DNA of 63,863 bases from positions 1 through 63,863 of the forward strand of contig JYFJ02002046.1 in NCBI GenBank assembly GCA_000934665.2, given 5' to 3'. The notes beneath the pieces were generated by a model, which did not search any database, was not told the DNA's origin, and saw nothing but the letters and a program-made list of their open reading frames with translations. Both the position numbers and the translations under genes were made by a program. Source of the DNA: Catajapyx aquilonaris. Its lineage: Eukaryota. Numbering within the stretch: the first letter of the stretch is position 1; every line of letters begins with the position of its first letter. Below are positions 40,801-52,648 of the stretch, in pieces.

Positions 40801-43119
40801 AGCAGATTGAACTAATTTTCCTGGATGGTTCCAGGACCTCCGTCGCCACCAGTGATTCCGGATCCTCCAGCCCCGCTCTCACCACGCTCAACTCGCAGAT
40901 CTCCTCGCTCTCCGACTCGATCCAAGTCCCGTCCTGCCAAGTTCACAATAGGTGGAGATGATGGCTCGGATGTGGAGCTTCCACAGGGCGAGGAGCCCAG
41001 GACTCCAGCGACCGGCTCTCCGTCGTCCACCCCTCCACAGTCGGACGTAGAGCCTGATTCGGACCCGAGGCCGTTGGAGGAGTGTCTCCAAATTTACAAG
41101 TCGGAAGACGGAGCGTCGTCATTGTCGGACACGGAGGTTATCAAGTTGGTGAGCAACAAGCATGTGCCGGCGTACCAGCTGGAGAAGGCGGTGTGCGATC
41201 CGGAGCGAGGTGTGCGGATAAGGAGGAAGATTCTAGGGCAGACGGGCCAGTTCGAGGAGGTGATGGACGATCTTCCGTACCAGAACTACGATTACAGCAA
41301 GGTTTGTACAGGTTTGTTGAAGGTTGAGCGGGTTTGAAACGGCTTCTTTTGCAGGTGCTTGGTGCGTGCTGCGAGAATGTGATAGGCTACATGCCCATAC
41401 CCGTGGGTGTGGCCGGTCCGCTTTTGCTGGACGGACAGGTCTATTACGTTCCGATGGCCACGACCGAGGGTTGCCTAGTGGCCTCGACCAACAGGGGATG
41501 CCGAGCGCTGATGGCCAAGGGGGTTCAGTCCCGAGTAATCCGAGACGGCATGACGAGAGGTCCGTTGGTCCGCTTCCCATCGATGGTGCAAGCCAGGTTG
41601 GTTCATCTCCTAACGAGAAGTTGGACATGTTGTGAGACACCTGCGTAATTTTCCAGTGAGGCTATGAAGTGGATGGAGGATCCGACCAACTTCGCAGCCT
41701 TGAAGGAAGCTTTCGACCAGACCAGCCGTTTCGCAAGGCTTAAGAGTGTGCGGCCCACCGTTGTCGGTCACGACCTGCTGATCCGGTTTACGGCTCAAAC
41801 TGGCGACGCAATGGGGATGAACATGCTGTCGAAGGGTACGGAGAAGGCGCTGCACTGCCTCCAGCAGCAATTTCAGGAGATGGACATAATCAGTCTCAGC
41901 GGGAACTACTGTACGGATAAGAAGCCGGCAGCTATCAACTGGTGAGTTGTCGCATTGTGTACGTTTCGGTTTGCAATTTAACATGTTGTTTCTGTAGGAT
42001 CGAAGGTCGTGGGAAGTCCGTAGTGTGCGAGGCGGTCGTGCCCGGACCGGTGATCGAGTCCATAATGAAGACTTCGGTTGAAGCCTTGGTTTCGCTCAAC
42101 TTCGGTAAGAACATGGTCGGATCCGCGATGGCCGGAAGCATCGGCGGATTCAACGCCCATGCGGCCAATCTGGTCACGGCGGTTTTCCTGGCGACTGGTC
42201 AGGACCCGGCCCAAAACGTGGGGAGCTCCAACTGCATCACGCTGATGGAAGCCACGGGCAACGACAACAGGGATCTCAAGATATCCTGCACCATGCCCAG
42301 CATCGAGGTTGGGACGGTCGGAGGGGGAACGATCCTCAACGCGCAAGCTGCCTGCCTGGACATGCTCGGAGTCAAAGGTATCCGCTATTTTAAAAAAGCG
42401 CCCAGGTCATACTATCCGATGGTAGTTAACTTAAACCGATTTGTCTGCCCGTTTCAGGAGCCCATCAGGAATGTCCGGGACAAAACGCATGCAGCTTGGC
42501 TCGGATAATCTGCGCCACCGTGCTGGCCGGAGAGCTCTCGCTAATGTCGGCTCTTGCGGCCGGCCACCTTGTCAAAAGCCACTTGAAGCACAACAGGTAA
42601 TTTAAATGGCAGCATCAGCCAACATCACATTGTAAATAATTAGCAAGTGACGGTTGCAAGTACTTCAGGTTGTGGTTCTGACTAATCATTGTTTGAACAT
42701 TTTCCGCAGGTGGCCTGTGTCAAAAAAACTGCCATAATTTTTTTTAAAAAAAGTCCATATGTGGCTCTAACCAACCGAATGATTTAAAAAGTAGGTGGTG
42801 GTGGATTAACATGTGTCGATCGCTTACTAACGTTCGATTAATGCATGACTCAATTGGTGCGCATCTATCGCACTTTTTAATCGTCCTTACTCTTTGCATG
42901 TGTAATTTTTCGTCTTTCATCTTAAATTTTGCATGAAGTTGTTGCGTAATATTTTTATACTGTGCTTTTTGATTTTTGTTTGTGGGTGCGGCATGTTCTG
43001 ATGTTTCTCCAACCGCTTCCCGTAGGTCCACGCAAAACATGGAGGCCCAGCCGTTGCAACCTCGCGAGAGCAAAGTCTCGCTCCTGCTCAGCACAGCTCC
43101 GGAGTGCAGGCCAACATGA
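37847..43119 (+). CDS. HMGCR: 3-hydroxy-3-methylglutaryl-CoA reductase (class I, with sterol-sensing domain)
   Basis: Exons 37847-38053, 38304-38415, 38486-38573, 38640-38830, 38945-39051, 39887-40032, 40171-40305, 40566-40744, 40835-41301, 41355-41596, 41657-41941, 41998-42377, 42458-42596, 43026-43119. Motifs [67 protein letters not shown] and [12 protein letters not shown]. Confidence 0.97.
39728..39830. mobile_element. Small hairpin or MITE in an HMGCR intron
   Basis: GTACTCAGTAAAACAAATC / GATTTGTTTTACTGAGTAC is a perfect inverted repeat, with an outer GTTATGTTCGGTTGCG / CGCAACCGAAATAAC pair. Confidence 0.6.
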
Positions 43120-44043
43120 TGGGGGACGGCATTGAATGGGACGATGGGAATCGAACCATTCCGACATGTCAATTTTTTAAAAAAAACTTCCCCACTGATA
43201 TTTTACATCAAGCGAGAAGAAACAATTTAGGGAGCTTCGTTTTTACCTTCCCTGTCGACATCTGCCCACCCCAAAATTTTTAATTGTCGCAATTTCCTCC
43301 CCCCCGGTTTAAACGAACCTGACGATGCCCATGTTGTTGTTGGACGCATTGTTTTCCGCTATGAGATTACTTTGTTAGTGTTTTTATACAATATAAAATC
43401 AATGCAGTATTAGACACATTTTTATGTAGGGGGTGGGGTGGGGGGGGAGAAAAAAACAGGGCAAGTTCACCTGAAATTTTCTTTTCCTTTTTGTAATTGT
43501 ACATAAAAAGTAGCAACTTTTTCTATCTCGTTTAGATCATTTTTTTTTGGATACGAATGCATCGGAATGAGCAGATTTCGAGAGAGATTGAGCCGATCAG
43601 ACAAAATAGTGCGCAAACAGTACTTAGCACTATTATTTCCGCTCATTCCTCCGACTCTTTTTTTCTCTCTCCGGGAGACGATGAAACGAGTCGTGTCGTT
43701 TTGAGAAAGAAAAAGTTTGTGTGTATATGTGACAAAATGCCAAAATAAGAGGAGGGGGAGGGGGGAAAAAAAGGATCAACTGTTAATGAAAAAAGACACA
43801 GGAAGGAAAAGTGTATGCGTATTTATTGATTTTATGGTGCGGATGAGACGTTTTTGGGCGAGATTTCCAGAAAAATAAAAAAAGTGATGGGTATTGAAAA
43901 AAAAAACTTTCCACAATTTCGCTGATTCCCAGATATTTCCATGATTTCCAGGTTGGCAAACGAGAATCATTGCTGCCGATTTCCTGCGATGCGTACTTCA
44001 ATTGCAACTGTCATTGCGGAAATGAAACAAGTAGATAACGATA

Positions 44044-46095
44044 TCACGATTTTTTAATGGCGATCAGAACATGATTTCGGGGCGAAATTGTCGGATCGAA
44101 TATCGGAAGCAGGCGACAGTCAATTCCTGAAATGCGGACGATGAATTAGTTGCTCCTGAGTTGTACTTAAAAAAGTACTTACCATTTTGTTTCAAGTACA
44201 GGAGGCGATCTAGTAGCAGCACTGTTTCGACAGCAGGTGCGAGCATAAGTCTTAGGGAATAAAACACGACTACTCTCCACCAATTGTGGAGATGATGCTG
44301 CACTTCCGGGCTCATTAGTTCGTCATGATTGAGAGTGAACGTATCGTGTCGTTTGATCGCCTTTGTAGCGTACTCATCAAAAGGGAGCAAGTGAGCGTTC
44401 TTCACGCTTCTGAGTCCGGATCTTCGTAACTCGGGCCAACGAGAAGCCAACAGCGATTCAAGCACAGCCCGATAAGCATGAACCTGCGTACAAAACTTAT
44501 CACAATTAATTCCCGACATAACCTGCAATCTCACCTTCAGCTTATCGTGGTCCTCGTTCATCAAACGTTGCGCATACGCTTCAATCGCATGGCAAGCAAT
44601 CTCCTTCGCTTGATAACTCAGGTGATTGTTCGGATCATCAGCCACATGTCGACTCAGCGGATAGCCCTTCTCAACTTTCATGTAGCAGCATCCGACCGAG
44701 TTCAGCATCATTACGTGCGGAGAGTTGACGATTACATGAAGCAAAGTGGGGCCGAGATCGCCGCAAGTGTGGAGGCCAACCAGACCTAATTTCGGGGATG
44801 GGCTCTTACGATGAAGGTTCTGCGAATATTTTAGCACGTTGTGAACCACACAGTGTAAAGCATACTTTACATATTACCTGCGCAAATGCATTAAAATCCA
44901 TATCGAGCGACAACTCCATGGTGAGATGCTTCGGCGGATTTAGCTTCTCATCCGAGACCTTCCGCATTGATTCCTCCAGCCGTGAATCAAACAACCTGTT
45001 TCCAAGTGCGATTAGTTGCGAATAAAATGCAACATGTCGCAAGTAATAATCACCTGGCTGACTTTGAAAAATCCTCCTGCAAATCAACGCAAGACACATT
45101 CAGTCCATGTCCGTAGCTGAGGAGACGCGACAGGTGTCCTAAGCCAGATCCGACATCCAAAATGTGATCAACGTCCGAAACATTCGCTGAACTAGCCGCC
45201 ACCTGTACATGTCGTATGAAACGGTCATGTGGTTAAGTATGTCCGAGGCATATTACCTGCGCAAGTCTGACTATTTCGTGCTGCTTCTTTGGCTTCACAT
45301 GCCTGCGAAAGACATGTTGAAGCTTCTTATGCTGTTTGGCTGCGAGGCTCAGCTCTTCTGATGGCGATCCCCATGTCGGAAGATCCGGCTGGTGACACCC
45401 AGGCGTTAGTGACGCCAGGACCTCTCCCATTCCTGCTACCGGCTTCCGAGATAGTGACAGTGTGCGGCTGCATTGTCGCATGGCCAGGAGAGACAATGGC
45501 CAAACTTTTCTGTACCTAATAAATTTTTGTTGCATTATTTTTTGTACGAACAAGCCGCAATCGTACCGACCTCATCTTCAGGTCGCTCATCCACATGCCG
45601 AGTTCTGTCGGGCTCAGGTCTTCAAGTATGATCCGCCACTGTTCAGGCAGCCGTTCCCAGTGGTCCTCAACATAAAAATCCTAACAAATAATTTTTTATA
45701 TTATATTAATAATAATTTTAATAATATTACTGTACTACTGTTCACGGCCTCGATTCCTTTAAGGGTATATAAATATAATTAATATAATATAAAAATATAA
45801 TCAATATAATACCGGTATATAAATATGATAAATTTTTTTAAACATTCAAAATAAAAATAATTAACAAAATTTTCTCATATGCGGTCCTTCTTTACCCATT
45901 ACAGCATGACAATATATTTTTTTTCCACCCATATTTTTTGACATTTATAGTTCAATTGTTGGTGCAATTGAAGCGGTAGGAATTAGAGTGTCGTACCACC
46001 ACATATTTATCCAGGAGCCATCTGTAATTGTTGAGGAATTTGAGTCCAAACGTGCAAAATAACTTGGCTTCTTCTTCGTTCATGGAGGCCGCCAT
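44044..46095 (-). CDS. METTL25B: Methyltransferase-like 25B (RRNAD1)
   Basis: ATG at 46095 (MAASMNEEE). Spliced exons give DFYVEDHWERLP, FRRHVKPKKQHEI, the SAM motif ILDVGSGLGHLSRLLS, LVGLHTCGDLG, VGCCYMK, EIACHAIE, FYSLRLMLAPAVETVLLLDRLLYL and LPIFDPTISPRNHVL; stop at 44044. Confidence 0.9.
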
Positions 46096-46607
46096 ATTTT
46101 CATAAATAAACAAGTGACGGTCGAACATATTTTAATAGGCTATATTTAAAAGGTTTAATGAGATAGAACAAGGGATTATTAATAATTTTTTAAATTATAG
46201 GGCTCTAATGGTTTAATATTAAATAATATTGACGGTCTATTTGTAGAGACTCGCTCTGTAGTTTGGGTGATGCGGTGAGGCTGGCGCATGTTTGCAGCGA
46301 GCCTATGTCTGAAAATTAACATGCACGCAATTTATTCGCACATACTGCAATTTATTAGTTGAAAATTAAATATAGTTATCGTTCTAAATATGCGAACGTT
46401 CACACAGACTCGCACTGTGCTTAGTCTATAGTGGTCAAGCTGGCCGATATTTAGAAGCGAGCCTATAAATTGTCAGCGTTCGAAAAAGCAAAATGGCGGA
46501 CATTCGTTTGGCTGTGTTTGTTCGATTCTCTTCATTTTTGATGGAAAATTGGCCGGAAAATTTGGCTAATTATTCTTCCTTTTGAGCTAATTAGCAGCCC
46601 AGCAGAC
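46096..46607. promoter_or_regulatory. Divergent METTL25B/GON4L promoter region
   Basis: Head-to-head starts about 0.5 kb apart, with outward-facing YY1-like motifs (AAAATATGGCGG at the METTL25B ATG; AAAATGGCGGA at 46490). Confidence 0.65.
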
Positions 46608-47363
46608 ATGGAAGGAGAGGTACGGACTGTCAGACTACTTATAATGCGCATATGTCTAAAATATGGGCGCAATATTAATAATGGAACAGAATCAATGGGG
46701 AATTAATTAAAATGTTAATTAATAATTGGGCATCACCAGAAGGATAATGGATAATTAATTACAATGTTAATTATGACATAAACAGAATGGACAGAATGAA
46801 GATCAGCCGCTCAATCTTCAGAGCGAGGAAGGCCTGCAGCATCTTCAGGACCTGTCGCGGGAGCTGGACCTTCTCAACAAGGATTCGGGCAACAAAGCCT
46901 GGGAACAAGAGGACTCAGAGTCTGATTCGTCGTCCGGTTTGATTGTGAACGATAAGTCCAGTAGAGTTGGTCGGAATCGGAAGATTCGCCGAAAAGCTAG
47001 TCCGAAGAAGCGCCGGAAGCTGGAGGCCATCCAGATCCCGGCGGAAGTCATGTGTCACTTGGAAGGCGAGATAGACCGGGTCCTGGACGAGAAGGCTCGT
47101 AAGCGGAGGCTGTCTGCCATCAACGTCAAGAACATCCTGCGGGTGAGACGCTCTGCATCGTCACAAGTTAACACATGTTCTAACACAGCTATTTTCCAGA
47201 CGATTATTACGAACGAGGCGGTGCTGTCCATGATGCGCAACACTGTCAAAGAGAAGGCCGGAAGCGACGGAGCGTCAGGTGGAAAAGATGATGAAGAGGC
47301 TTTCTACGAGCCCAAACTCACAAGGGCCAAAACTAAGTAAGGATCAGCTAGTTCAGTGTACAA

Positions 47364-47427
<64 letters not shown>

Positions 47428-50400
47428 CATTAATATTATTATTATTAATGTTATTATTATTATTATTGACAATAATTTGCAATGTTGTTATGTTATTTAT
47501 TGTTTGTATTATTTTATTTTACTTTACTTTCATTTTTTATTACCATACCTTTATTATTTATTATTCATATTATTTATGATTTATTATTCTTACTATTTAT
47601 TACATGCATTATTTATTACTTGTAGTTATTATTATTTATGTGCATTATTATTTATGTGCATTATTATTATTATTATTTATGTGCATTATTATTATTATTA
47701 TTATTTATGTGCATTATTATTATTATTTATGTGCATTATTATTATTATTATTTATGTGCATTATTATTATTATCAATTAATTAATTGTAATGATTGTGTT
47801 TTATTAGAATTTTTATATCTATTATTTATGCCATATTTTTATTTTATACTATTTATATTACATAATAATGATTAATGTGAATTTTAATATTCGTCATAAT
47901 ATTTATATTCGTTTCGATCAGAGCGTTACTGGAGAAGCAAGCTCCGATCCCGTGGCCGATAACGACCCCCGTTAAAAAGACGGGTCAGATGCTGATAGAG
48001 CAGGAGTTTTCGGAGGATTCGAGTGACGAAGATTTCGATCCGAAGAAGGAGAAGGACCATGAGGTGAACCGCAGAGTCGTTTAGCCTTTGTCGTCTTGGT
48101 GCTAATGACGGGTTGTTTTCAGAGCGATGATGATGAACATTCGCATCCAAGTGAGATTGATTCGCCTTCGAAGCCTAGTCCTTGTTTATCGACTGGTGCT
48201 CAAGACGAAGCGACTCCGCCGCATCTTCTGCCAGAATCGAGCGTATTCAAAGTCCCGCCTGTTCCGTCATCGGTACGTCAACTCGACTTCGATGCAGTTC
48301 CGTCAACATCCACCGAGTCTGGAATCGGCCAACGAACTCGCTCCAAGCACCCTCTGACGGACAAGACGATGGAGACAATTGAGATGGATTTTGTTCCCCC
48401 GGACATCACTCCTGACATGTACGACTTCAGGTGCGACAACCCTGATTACCTCACGTTTTTAAAGGAGTGCTACCTTCCGAATGGCGACGGTGTGGGGGAC
48501 GTGGACGATGTGGAAGCGGATCCTGAGTATAACTTTTTAGGTGAGGAAGAAGAGATGGACGAGGAGGAGCTGAGGATGGACCGGGCCGTTAAGGTAACGA
48601 AGAAGGAACTTAACGAGCTAATGGCGGAGCTTCTGGAGTACGGGAATGTGTCGAGCGATGAAGAGGAATCGGGCGAGAAGGAAAAGGAGAAGAAAAAGGC
48701 GACGGAACATTTCGAGCAAGTGTGGGTGCCGCAAGTGGAAGAATCTGCGGAGGAGCAGGAAGAGTTCTCATCATCAATCGAGATCCAATCGTCTGACAGC
48801 TCAATAGCCGAGGAGGTTCGGGTTATCTCGCAACACTGTCGAACGACTTCTAAATGCGATTTTTTTTCCAGATTCCCGGCGTACCTGTGACCCCAATAAT
48901 AACTCGGATTGGTTGGGAGTTTACCGGCGACGAAAAGGCGCAACTGGCCCATCAAATGCGAATGCACGTTCAGCTCTTAACGCAGACGCATCTGTTGAGC
49001 CACAAACGGGAAAGATTGGATCATCACTCCAGAAAATGCAGCAAGATGCTCGTACGTTTTTACTTCCATGTCTGCAGCTCACCAAAACATTCACTGTGAA
49101 CATTTTTTCTGTGCTTTCACAGGAGGAGTTGAGCCAATTGAGCCGTGGAAAGTCCAACTCCGCATTTTCGACATACAACCTGCCGCACGCACTCGAAGCG
49201 ATCAAGAGTTGGGAGAATTACTGCGACAAGGAGAACCCTTGGAATGAACAAGGCGCTGAGTAAGCGAATTTTCTTTCGACGGTAGTGTCGATATTTCATC
49301 ATAATTCTTTCCAGCCAGGACCAGCGGGTGGCTTTTCCGCTTCCCCTCGTTAAGCTGGTGGGCGACAATAAGGCATTCGTTTACCCCGAATTGCTGCCGG
49401 TTCGTCCTTTCGGCGAAGAGCAACGTTGGAAGTCGTGGTTCAGCAAGTCTGAGTACCAGCTAATCGCAATGGGACTGGAGCAGTTCTGTCCCGGTCACAG
49501 CTTGAGAAGGGCGATGGAACTCATTCTGGATCATATGGTTCGAGGCCGCAGTTGGACGAGTTTGAAGTCCCGGATCGTCCAGCTTAAGCGTGTGAACGGC
49601 AATCCGATAAAGGTGAGGTCATTGGTTTACTCGTCAGATTCTGTGCTAACCTCGTGATGATTTGCAGCATTATTTTGATCACAAGAGAGCTCCGGCTGTT
49701 GAGCGACTTGTGCCGCATTTCGACCCACTGAATGTCGTCGTTCCTAGTCAGCGGCTCGTTTCTGAGCTGCCGACACCATGGAAGCAGTACTTTGCATGGA
49801 AGCGGTCTCGCGTCTGCCTACCGAAGGTAACCCATTTTTTAAGCATCCAATATGTGACTCACATCATGCACTTTTGCAGCCCAAAGTTGCGTCAACAATG
49901 GTTGAAGTCGCGAAGAAGGTGCCCATCAGTCCACTGTCGAATATTACCAACAATTTGTCAGCCCTACTGAAGCCGCATTGTCCGCAATATTACCGCCAGA
50001 GCCTGACAGTCATGCCCGTTAACGTGACGACTTCATCGGCGCAGCCCATAATAATTTCGTTGCCGCCGTCCGTTCCTGTCGTGGTGACTCGCAGGTCGGA
50101 CGAGCCGCCGGCTGCGAAATCCAGCAGCGTTCCTGTCGCAACAGTAGCACCGTCCGTGGTACCCGTCGTCACGACTTCTGTGGCGCAACCTGAAGCGGAA
50201 GTGTCGCAAGCTGCCAAATCGCCAAAGTTGACGCAAGAGACGTTAACAACGGATGTGTACCAGAGTCCGATCGTTTCGTCTCGTCACGCCCTGTCGATGC
50301 CGATGATTGAGTCTGCAGAAAAGGATTCGCCCCGCAGTCAGGCCTCGCCTGAGTCTGCTCTGAAGCGGGGGCCGATCGCAACATTCGTAACGAAAGAGCT

Positions 50401-52303
50401 GGTTAGCAAGCGCCGCTCATCGGCCGCCAGTCACTCGCCGGTGAAGCAGGCTGCAAATATCGTTAGGAAGTACAGCAGCCACATGCGGAAGACCGGCGGA
50501 AACCTCAGGTGGCGACGCACTTTCGCATCTCCGCCATCGCCGCCAGCTCCGAGCCCGCCTGCGACCCAACCTGTGAACCTGGAGCCGCAGATGCCCGATG
50601 CGGAAGATGGCATGGAGTCGGAGCAGGACAACGAGAAGGACCTGGAGGCGCTGATGCGGGCAAGTTCGACGATCAGAGGTCGAGGCGGTGGACACACCGG
50701 AAGCAGAGGACGCCTGCAGAAGAGGCGGAAGGACCTGGACGACACACTGGCTCTGTTGCAGCCCATGACTGCGGAAGAAAAGGAAGCCAAAGATAATGGT
50801 ACGTACAACATCGCTCGTTACGTCCGGATATGTAAACCGCATATTGTTGCAGCGTACGTGGTGGCGTACGTACAGAAGGTGCAGAAGACGGTGGGTCGGA
50901 AGGAGCCTGCGACATACCAGGAGTTCATCTCCCTGCTGAGCCTCTACCAGTCCAGGCAGATCGGTGTCAAGTCCTTCTACTCGCACATCACGCAAGTACT
51001 GGGATCGTACCCAGACTTAGCCGAGGAGGTCATCGCATTCCTGACCCCGGGCGAGGCGTTCGAATGCGGGAAGTACAGGTGAGTACGCACCATGCGGTTA
51101 CATGCGCGTTGAATACAAATTGCGGTTCTAGGGAGCACCTGGCGTTCGTGCGGATGCGGGAGTTCATCCACAAGCTGGAGAGCTACTTCCGGAAGAGCCC
51201 GCAACACGTGCAGAAGGTGCTGCGGGTGCTGGGGCAACTGCAGGAGGCGTCCGGTGTCACGTCGCAGGTTATCAAGCAGAAAGTGGTGCCGCTGCTGAGG
51301 GGAAACGTGGTCCTGATCGACGCCTTCCTGCAGCTAATTCCTGGGGAGGTTCCACCGGAAAGGTGAGCCCGTTAAATGCGTACGTAGGCGATGTTTTAAC
51401 CTGAATTGTCCACAGCCAAATGACTGACTTTGAGGAACTTGTGGACTACCCGGACTCGGATCGATCGTCTGGACAGAGCAGCCCGCAGGAGACCCTTCAG
51501 CTTCCGCCGGATGACGACCCGTACGGCGGAAAGCGCTGTCCGTGCGACTGCCACGCGGCATCCGATCCGAAGTTCCACAACCGCGAGCGCCACTGCGTAC
51601 CTTGCGGCACCAAGTTCCTGGAAGGAAAAGTGTTTGTGCAGACCGGACGTGTGTTGAGACCGGCCCGAATAGTCCGGTGGTGTCCGACTGGGAAAGGAGA
51701 GGACACAGCACCTCCGCCGGAAGGGGATTCGAGTGAGGCTCATTTTGGCGGCGCAACTAATGTTAAATCGGACGAGGATGTGCCGTCGGCCGGAGTTTTT
51801 AGCTGCGTGTCCGGCGAAGGTGCCGGTCGTGGCGTACATTCGGAGCCGTCTGTTGTGGACAGTCCTGAAGCTGATTTCGAGCAACTGCGGTGTGATGATG
51901 CGGACGTTAAGAGCAGCCCGACCGATCTGTTGGCTTCCCAAGAGGATACAAGCGACAGTATGGATGGCGACGACTGTGATTCGAAGGATGAGCCGCACAG
52001 TTGTTCGTCGGACGAGCCGTCCGCCAGTCCCCCTCCGGTTCAGGTGTGGACCAGGGAGGAGGACAAGGTGATCCTCCAGACATGCCAGAGGGAAAGAGGC
52101 AACTCGGACGCATTCCAGGCCATCTGCAGGCAGCTGGAGGGACGCACTATCGAACAGGTATGCCTATGCGACTGCGGCACTGCCCCGGTGCGACTCACCC
52201 CGCTGAATGTTTGCAGGTGCGGACCCGGTTCGAGCAGCTGATGGCCCTGCTGGTCCAGCAGGTGTCGTCCAGCCGAAGCGACGACTCCGCAACCGACTCT
52301 TAG
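46608..52303 (+). CDS. GON4L: GON-4-like protein (mute; PAH and Myb/SANT domains)
   Basis: Multi-exon gene, probable start ATGGAAGGAGAG|GT. Motifs LSAINVKNILR, EPKLTRAK, QRTRSKHPL...FVPPDITPDMYD, DPEYNFL, RMDRAVKVTKKELNELMAEL, QMRMHVQLLTQ, two PAH-like repeats, YGGKRCPCDCH..HCVPCGTKF and the SANT motif WTREEDKVILQTCQ. Confidence 0.9.
47368..47775. repeat. (ATT)n microsatellite and ATTATTATTTATGTGC repeats in a GON4L intron
   Basis: Long ATT run and derived units; this accounts for the spurious poly-Ile ORF. Confidence 0.9.
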
Positions 52304-52648
52304 GATATGAAGCTGCAGTGTTCAAATTGTTAATAAAGCTCCAAAGTTTATTTATTTATAATGCGATCGTGATTATGTTTTTTTTTGGAATTTAATTGTA
52401 ATCCAGTGTGAACTAGCAGGATAACGGGATAGCACTAGCCGCTATCCCTGGAAAGAACGGCTACCCTTCCAAAGGAACGGCTACAAATCGTTGGCTGGTG
52501 TCGAATGGAGCCGCTGCGCTTCATTCGGCCCCTCCAGAGAGATTATATCCGGCAATGGCGGCGTGGTGAAGGTCCTCTCTTGGGGTTTTTCCTAGTGGTT
52601 CCCTTTTCTGTTCTTATATTCCCGAAGAAAGAAGGCCGGTTTGTGAGG

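Noticed and set aside
47279..47875. 198 aa poly-Ile/Tyr hydrophobic ORF
   Set aside because: It is an (ATT)n microsatellite inside a GON4L intron.
52304..52648. GON4L-nicalin operon
   Set aside because: AATAAA at ~52332 and a ~345 bp spacer leave room for normal termination and a separate promoter, and no linking intron is seen.
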